The notes below the pieces were generated by a model. It saw only the letters and a program-made list of their open reading frames with translations. It was not told the DNA's origin and ran no database searches. Positions 55,283 to 64,000 of a stretch of 64,000 nucleotides of DNA are shown here, one piece after another. This DNA is from Eledone cirrhosa (taxonomy: Eukaryota), in assembly GCA_964016885.1 (NCBI GenBank), contig OZ024740.1, positions 115,382,001 through 115,446,000 on the forward strand, given 5' to 3'. The translations under genes and the position numbers were made by a program. The number at the start of each line of letters is the position of its first letter. The first letter of the stretch is position 1.

Positions 55283-55487
55283 GTTGAGAAGGTAACACAC
55301 CAGAGAGAGATATATAGTGCGTTATCAATAATACAGGGAAAAAACCACCAGTGTGATAACGCACTATATATCTCTCTCTGGTGTGTTACCTTCTCAACAT
55401 ATTATATTCTAAAGGGCTCAGGATCTCTTCCCCTTTGAGCACATTATTTACAGGGAATAACGACGGCCTATGCCTCCGTTAATTTAT

Positions 55488-55553
<66 letters not shown>

Positions 55554-55752
55554 GTGAGGTTTTTTTTACAAAATGAAAAATAACCGAGGTGCCTTACACG
55601 AGTGAAAGTATAAAGAAAAAAAGATGAAATCAAAAATGCAACTGGAGTCTTATTTTTTTAAAAATATATATATTTATTTGGTTCCTTTACCGGTTTGGCA
55701 GTTCTTCTGCTTTTCAAAAGTAGAGTTGAGATGGAGGGTCTGTGGATTTTCT

Positions 55753-55757
<5 letters not shown>
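53982..55757. repeat. ~1.75-kb block duplicated at 5590-7308
   Basis: Collinear, near-identical sequence, including the same SINE pieces, TA tracts and mini-elements. Confidence 0.95.
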
Positions 55758-55792
<35 letters not shown>

Positions 55793-56169
55793 GGTATGTA
55801 TGTGCAACATATTAAATAGTCTTCTTTCGACTATTATATTGTTTGAAGATACACACATGCATAGACACAATAAAAAATTTGAAAGAGAAGTAATTAGCAT
55901 ATAAATAAATAAATAAATAAATAAATAGATAAATAAATAAAGCTGTATTTTCATATTTGGAATTATTTCTGGATTTTTTCTGGTATTCCAGAGACTTTCA
56001 CTGAAAGATTGGCACCGATTATATGGTACGCTTCGATTGAAAATCAATAGTTAGTTGGTTTTCTGGTCTATGTGTAGATGCTGTATTAGTGAAAAATATT
56101 CACATATTGATTGATTCAGTAATAGATAGTTTTTTTTTTACGTCTCATTGTTTGTTTGTTTGTTTGTTT

Positions 56170-56362
56170 AGGGCGGTAGATTGGCAGTATCGGTAGAGGG
56201 TCGGACGCCATGCTTTGACGCATGGAGTTACGACCCTTGCCATTCTGAGTTCAAATCCCGCCGAGGTTAACTTTGCCTTTCATCCTTACGGGGTCGATAA
56301 AATAAAGTACCAGTAATGTACTGGATAATTTCTGGCCTTGTGCCAATAGTAGAAACAATTGT
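56170..56362 (+). mobile_element. tRNA-derived Meta-like SINE (near full length)
   Basis: gggcggtagattggcagtatcggtag...gagttcaaatcccgccgagg...gcctttcatccttacggggtcgataaa; (TTTG)n on both flanks. Confidence 0.85.
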
Positions 56363-56526
56363 TTGTTTGTTTCTCTTCTTATTTATTCGTTGCTGTGTTG
56401 TGTTTAGAAGTATATCGCATTTGAAGAAAGTTTAAAGTCATTGATAATTCTAACCAGTCTTGTATCTCTTCCATTTTGTCTCAGTTATGTTATATATAAA
56501 TATATGTGTTATATATATATATATAT

Positions 56527-56810
56527 TGTCAGGTCGATCTTTGCGGCTACTGGTAACATGCAATCTAGTACAACCTGTGTATGGTCGGGTCGACGGCGAC
56601 TAAAGCGGCAATCACACTTCAAGCTTGCTTGGTGAGGAGAGTGATTTGGGACACCATGTGGAATGAAAATCAAAAACCGTCAATGGGCAAGGGAGCTCAG
56701 GAGAGTCAACTGCTATCAAATAAAGGGGACCAGTAGAGTGATAGGCTCCTAATCTTCATTAAGACATCTCTCTGGGAGAAGGACATTCTGATGTAAAACC
56801 TACAACTTAA
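56527..56810 (+). mobile_element. RTE-5'UTR-derived element fragment
   Basis: Homologous to 31900-32175 (-). Confidence 0.55.
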
Positions 56811-57124
56811 TTTTTATCCAATGATATAGACCAGTTCTACTGTTTCGGTAAATGTATTCGATGTTCAGAGAGTGGGATTGCTCCGTACAAAGCCTCTCCT
56901 CATTTAAAAAAAGCTTCAAGCACTGGCATCGTTTGATATATGACATTTTTTGCGTTGCATGACAAGGCTGGCTGTAGCCAGAAAAGGTAATACCATATTA
57001 TGCAATGTCTGTGTATGAGTATGCAAGTCCCTAGCAAGATTAAAAAGCCACGTCCGTACTGCTCATGCTTAAGTATCAAGCAAGCATTACTCGAAATTGA
57101 GTCGCAGCCATCATATATATATGT

Positions 57125-57370
<246 letters not shown>

Positions 57371-57539
57371 ATGAGAAGGTGCGTGGTTTAGTAGTTAAGA
57401 TGTTCAGCTCACGGTCGTAAATCCAGGAGTTCGACTCCCGGTAGCACGTTGTGTCCTTCAGTAAAACACTTTACTTCAGGTTGTTGACGTCCACTGTAAT
57501 TTAAAACGCCAGTTTTGTAAAGCACGGGGACTACGATCT

Positions 57540-58448
57540 AAATAGTATTAGAAAGTTGCATCATATCCCTTCGATAAAATCTACTAACCAAGTGCAGAAG
57601 TCCATCACTTAGAACAAGTCTGTTTATATCAGGCAGATGGCATCATAAAAAGTTGGGAAGGAGCTTCTTGGAAAATACTCCCGATTGATGAAAACAAACT
57701 CACACTCGGGAAAATTGACAACAATACAGCAACATATCAGCAGATGAAAACCTCTAAGCTTGTCAACAAAACGTTATGCATAGCTACGTTGTCAAAAAGC
57801 TTCAAAACCAACGTAGCATAGATAACCAAAGTAAACTCTCTTGGACCAACAACTGGCTATCACTTTGGCTGTCACTTTGCTTTAGTAATCCAAGAAAATA
57901 AAATAACAACGAAATAATTGATGTACAAAAGAGATAGGGGGGCAGGAAAAACATCTAGAAGTAACAATAGATGCAGATTCTACGGAATAAGCATCGAGGA
58001 TATTACCTTCATCATAATCAGCTGTCCAAAGATGTCATCACAATATTATCTACCTGTGAAGTATGATGTAGGGGTCAAAACACTACACAATGCAATCTGT
58101 AGAAAGGATAGTCCTGATGATAAAAATATAAAAAACGATAGAGAGGACATACACATACATATTAATCTAGGACAGAGAAAGTAGTCATGCATAGTTGTTG
58201 AAATCAGCTACCCAGCAGATGTTGATAACGTGTTAAACATTGGTGAAAAGGAGAATATTTATGCTGAACTAATGACGAATCTGCAGATACACCCTCTTGA
58301 CTATACCATTAGATTTTTACCTGTGATCAGTGGGTAAAGCTGGGCTTCACAGAACAAGAAAGGGCGAAGCTAGTTAGGAAGTTGTGAGTACAGTTCATTA
58401 ATGGAACTGTAAAATTATGGAAAACATTTAAGAAATTTAGCATGTAAT
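57540..58448 (+). mobile_element. Degenerate RLE-type (R4/Dong-like) non-LTR retrotransposon 3' end
   Basis: NNRCRFYG..IEDITFIIISCPKMS..YYLPVKYD (decayed CCHC/RHD), then CIVVEISYPAD...EKENIYAEL...RFLPVISG, a restriction-like endonuclease pattern. Confidence 0.7.
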
Positions 58449-58721
58449 AACTTCATATACACATGTATATAGATATATAGAAATGTAAATAAATATATGG
58501 ATATAACACATAACACATTCACAGGTACAATAACATCCAAAACTGTACACACATACACACATACACACACGTACGCGCACACACACACACACACACAACC
58601 ATAATTACCTAGTTGCTGCTAATTTCCTATGAGACTTGTTTTTGTATTAGAAACTGGCTCTCTCTCTCTCTGTTTCTCTCTCTCTCTTAATATATATATT
58701 ATGAAAAGAGTCAGGACACCC

Positions 58722-58793
<72 letters not shown>

Positions 58794-58895
58794 GTTTCTC
58801 TCTCTCTCTTAATATATATATGAAAAGAGTCAGGACCCCCATGTATGTATATATATATATATATATGTATATATATAAATGTATATATATATATT

Positions 58896-59435
<540 letters not shown>

Positions 59436-62054
59436 TATATATACACATATATATATGTATATATAGGCGAAAAATTATAAAGCAATAAAACATACATACA
59501 TATAGATACATACATACATACATACATACATACATACATACATACATACATACATACATACATACATACATACATACATGCATGCATATTGTTTCTTTCC
59601 CGTTCTCTTTCTTTCAGCCTATCTCTATCACTATATCCATGTCTGTATTCGATTTTTCGTGGTATTTATTACATTATTTGCATCAATCATGCATTTTATA
59701 GTCATTTCTTACGCTCTTACTGCTTCTTATTCTATCGTATATTTATCCTTTTTTTTAGGAGTCATTGTATTTTTCTCTCCCTTTATGTGTTTTATTTTCA
59801 TCACGTTCTTCATTTCCATCTTTCTCGCTATATTTCCTGCCTCAATGTCCTCCTCATTAACATGTTCTTGCTGTTTGCTGTTGTTAGTTAGCTGCATAGA
59901 ACCATATCTTATTTGCCCGCTGCACTTCCACTGTCTTTGTTATTTTATTAATATTCATGTCTTCCTTGGGCGCAAGTTCAATTTTGGAAACCGAACGTTC
60001 TATTGATTGTATTGATCCCAGCATTTTACTACTATTTATATTATTGACCCTCGGGGTATGATAAAAGGCGATTAGTTCCATGCTTTACACTTTCTACTGA
60101 CTCTCTACTGACTCATTGCCTTTGCCTTCTATTAATATTAATAGCTTCAGAATAGCAAAGCAAAAGAAAGACTATCTGAGAGCCGCTTCTATCTGTAGGA
60201 GTTAATACTGATATGGCCAATATCTTCCGCGGAAACCATTATAATTACATGTCTTTTAGTTTAGTTTTTAAACATTTAATATAACCCAGTGTTTGAGTAA
60301 ATTTGTTAGTGTGATTCAGTAACAATCATTTTGTAATATTCTCAACTATTTTATATTGGTTTTGCTGTATTTCAAGAGTTTATACTCGCGTATAAATTAA
60401 GGTATGGAATTAGCAACCTTAGTGTTTCTTCTGGCTCACTCGGCTTTTAGTTCAAATCCCGTTGAGGTCATCGTTGTTGATTAGCAGAAGCATCAGATTA
60501 TTAGACGAAATGCTTAGCGATATTTAGTTACGGCACATTATCTTCTGAGTTCAAATATTACCGATGACAACTTTGCCTTTCATCCTTTCCAGTTCGATAA
60601 ATAAAGTATCGGTCCGGCGAGAGTGGATTGGCGGAATTGTTAGCAGGACAAGAGGGATGCCTTTACCGAATCTGGTCAGGCTCTGTGCGTTCTCTATTTA
60701 AACCTGCCTCCTTCTGCCAGGCTGTCTGGAGTTACAGCAAGCAGTTTAATCAATGGAAAGACTATGGAAACAGTCGGCTGATTTCCTTCCTTTTCATTCC
60801 ACAGAGAGCAGCGTTGAGCTACTTATAAGAAACTAAATAAGCGTTGATTTTTATTCATTTTTTTCTATCAGGTGACGAAGTGGCCGTGTCATTGGAATAT
60901 CAGATAAAAGGCTTTGAGGTATTCCGGTTCTCTGCGCTCTAAGTTCAACTCCTGCTATAATCAACTTTGATTTTGATCCTCTCGCTGCTGAGATGTAGAG
61001 TACCTGTCGAGTACTTGCATTGATTCTACCCTCTCTCGCTCTCTCTCCCTCTCTCTCTCTCTTTCTCTCTATTTTTCTCTCTCTTTCTTTCTCTCTCTTT
61101 CTTTCTCTCTCTTTCCTTCTCTCTTTCTCCTTCTCTCTCTTTATCTCTCTCTCTCTTGAAGAAATAAGCTTTGTTCAAACCTAGAGATGAATGGGCTTCA
61201 CCAGGCTTTAAAAGGGGCCGGAGCCAGATCCTAGAAGCCTCCCCTTCGACTGCATCAGGAGTTGATTGCTCAAGGATAGATTTTCGCGTTGCTTCAATTT
61301 TTAAAATATTAAATATAACATAACATTCGAGTATAATAATATTGATCTGAGTCGGCAAAAATAAATCATTTAATAAAAATCACAAATTTGCAGAAAATGT
61401 TCTTTCTTGTTGAAGAACTGATCGTAAAGGCTTGAGTTGGCTCGAGGTTATGATAAAAGACTATAGGATCGAACTCGGATGCCTGTGATTATGAAGCAAA
61501 CTTCTTAAATCATTTCTACATGTCGTACTCACTAACTTAAAATGACGGCCTTGTACTTGCTCTGCTGTTCTTATTTCCGCCAAAAGCGTAAAGTGCATTG
61601 GCGATAATAACAATATTTGTTTTTTTATTATTTAAGCACCAGACGAGCAATTTTATGGGTGGTGGGGTGGGAAATCGATTAAATCAATACTAGGAAGATA
61701 TAAGGTAAATATGTCAATGATAGTATTTAAACTTAGAACATTAAGTAACGTAACTAATTACTGTTAAATGACTTAACTAATTACCGGCAAGTTTGTTGTC
61801 GGTCCGTCTAACGATTCTGCCAATTCACAAGGGACGACGTAACTCTCGGGTAACGTTGTCGTATGGTCTACCGCAGTTTCTGTAGTCTACGCTGTGTAAT
61901 GACCTGACCCGTCTAGCAGGTCATGGTTTAGGTTAGGACAATGGTTACATTTTTTTATAGGTGAGATAAGCTACACAGTGAACTGTAATTGTGCTGTAAA
62001 ACTGCACGCTGAAGTATAATTGACCAGGTAGACGATTCGCTAACGTAATACTAC

Positions 62055-62172
<118 letters not shown>

Positions 62173-62617
62173 GTATATATATATATATATATAAAAACAT
62201 GAGAAGAATGAATACTGCGTGGTTGCACATGGGTTACATATGATAAAAATAGTCCTTCATCAGTGATTTTCCAACCTTCATTGGTATTTCATCGCTTTAA
62301 AAATCATATACCTCCAGTTGAACGAGCAATAGCTAAATAAAGCTATTGGGACAAGTAAATCGCGTAAAGCGAGCGAGACATGTAAACAAATATAGAAGGA
62401 TAGCAACGCAAAGATAGGAAAAAACAAGCACATGGAGTCCGATCAGCATAAGCTGTGTGGATATCATGAGCGAGAGACAACAGACCGTGCGACGCGAATG
62501 AGGTGTGAGCAAGAAAGAACCCCACTTCAGGCCAAACAGGAGGAAGTGAGAAGGGGAGAAGCAGAGAATGAGTGAGTGGAAGTGCGAGAAAGAGGCCAGT
62601 CGAGAGAAAGTGTAACT

Positions 62618-62671
<54 letters not shown>

Positions 62672-63213
62672 CATATATATGTATATATATATGTATGTAT
62701 GAATATATATATATGTATATATGTATGTATGTATGTATGTATGTGTGTATGTATGTATGTATGTATGTATGTATGTGTGTATGTATGTATGTATGTATAT
62801 ACTTTTACTTATTTTTTATTTCTTTATATTTTTTTACTTTTTACATCTGTAACTTCTTTACCTATTTATCATTATATTTTATTATTGATGTTAACTTTGC
62901 CTTTCATCCTTACGGGTTAGATAAAATAACGTACCAGCAATGCACTGGGTAATTGCTGGCCTTGTGCCAAAAGTAGAAACAATTATATTTTATTATTTAT
63001 GATATTGTTTTGATTCTACGCTGTATCTCTATATATACCATTGCCATGTGTGAGTTCTTTAGTATTCTGAGTATTTGACCAGAGGTAAACACTGTATTTG
63101 AGGTCGAGTGACACAACTTTGAGTGATTAGCGGCCTTTAGACTCACCTGATCAATGAAACAATTGAAATAAAACCCCTTGTTGTACAGCCGATCATGTTA
63201 TTCTTCAATCTTT

Positions 63214-63284
<71 letters not shown>

Positions 63285-63398
63285 GTAATATTATATATAT
63301 GTAATATGTAATATCTAGGGCGGGTAAAATTCCCGAGTTCTCTCCAGCGGTCTCTATCCCTCATTATCGCTGCCATGTCCTGCGTCTCCATATATATA

Positions 63399-63499
63399 CA
63401 GTTTGTCCCAAGAAAATGTATAGACACTTCAACAACATTTTAATAAATATTGCCTGTACAGGTAATCAAAGTATGTATATATATTTTTAGGATACCCTG
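63399..63499. mobile_element. Tc1/mariner-like MITE remnant
   Basis: TA|cagtttgtcccaagaaaatgtatagacactt ... aagtatgtatatatatttttaggataccctg|TA. Confidence 0.6.
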
Positions 63500-64000
63500 T
63501 ATATACGTGTGTGTGTGTAAGTATATATACATATTATTTTTTTTATTCACCTATATGATGATGATAGATTTCGAAAATGCAGCAACCAATTTTCAGTTCA
63601 GTCGTAGAATTTCAGTTAAGTGCACCAAAGATTTTACTAACGAGTAGAGACATATGTTAAATCTAAGTACTACAATAGTTCTACTTAAGACAAGGTAATT
63701 GAATGAATGTACAGTCACAACTCACCTGCGGTGGTTAGTCACGTTATATTTTTTTTATTTATCGAGTATTTTCATGTTTTACTTTCCTTCTGTCTGTTCG
63801 CTTTATCGTTATCTGACACACACACACACACAGACACACACACACACATATGTATATATAAATAAATACATCAAAGAGAATAGTTTCTAAGTGGTATAGT
63901 CATATGAGAATGTATCTTCATGAATGTACGGGTTACATGTGTGAGGAATGTGTACGATTTTACATAAATACATATATATATATATATATACACACACACA

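Overview
Very AT-rich, microsatellite-saturated metazoan DNA. The SINE types and (TA)n load suggest a cephalopod/octopus genome (inference). Almost all ORFs in the supplied track are microsatellite translations. The dominant signal is a dense population of Penelope-like element (PLE) insertions sitting inside (TA)n tracts. These include one 5'-truncated Naiad-type RT+GIY-YIG copy (35.7-38.6 kb), a second PLE with only the endonuclease C-terminus (29.3-31.0 kb), and many 0.1-2.5 kb non-coding fold-back or tandem derivatives. About 13 sequence families among them carry a hand-foldable type I hammerhead ribozyme, several with non-canonical cores (U3-A8 swap, U4C, U4A, Y10.1/Y11.1 mismatch). One of them appears to have transduced about 1.5 kb of flanking DNA from 48 kb away. 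Also present: tRNA-derived SINEs of two families, RTE/Tx1/CR1-like/R4-like LINE relics (one with a twin-priming inversion), non-autonomous Helitrons including a fold-back CTAG|TC junction, and Tc1/pogo MITEs. A candidate four-microexon host gene (18.8-26.1 kb, + strand) would encode a signal peptide and three KR dibasic sites. All folds and alignments were done by eye; element boundaries are approximate.
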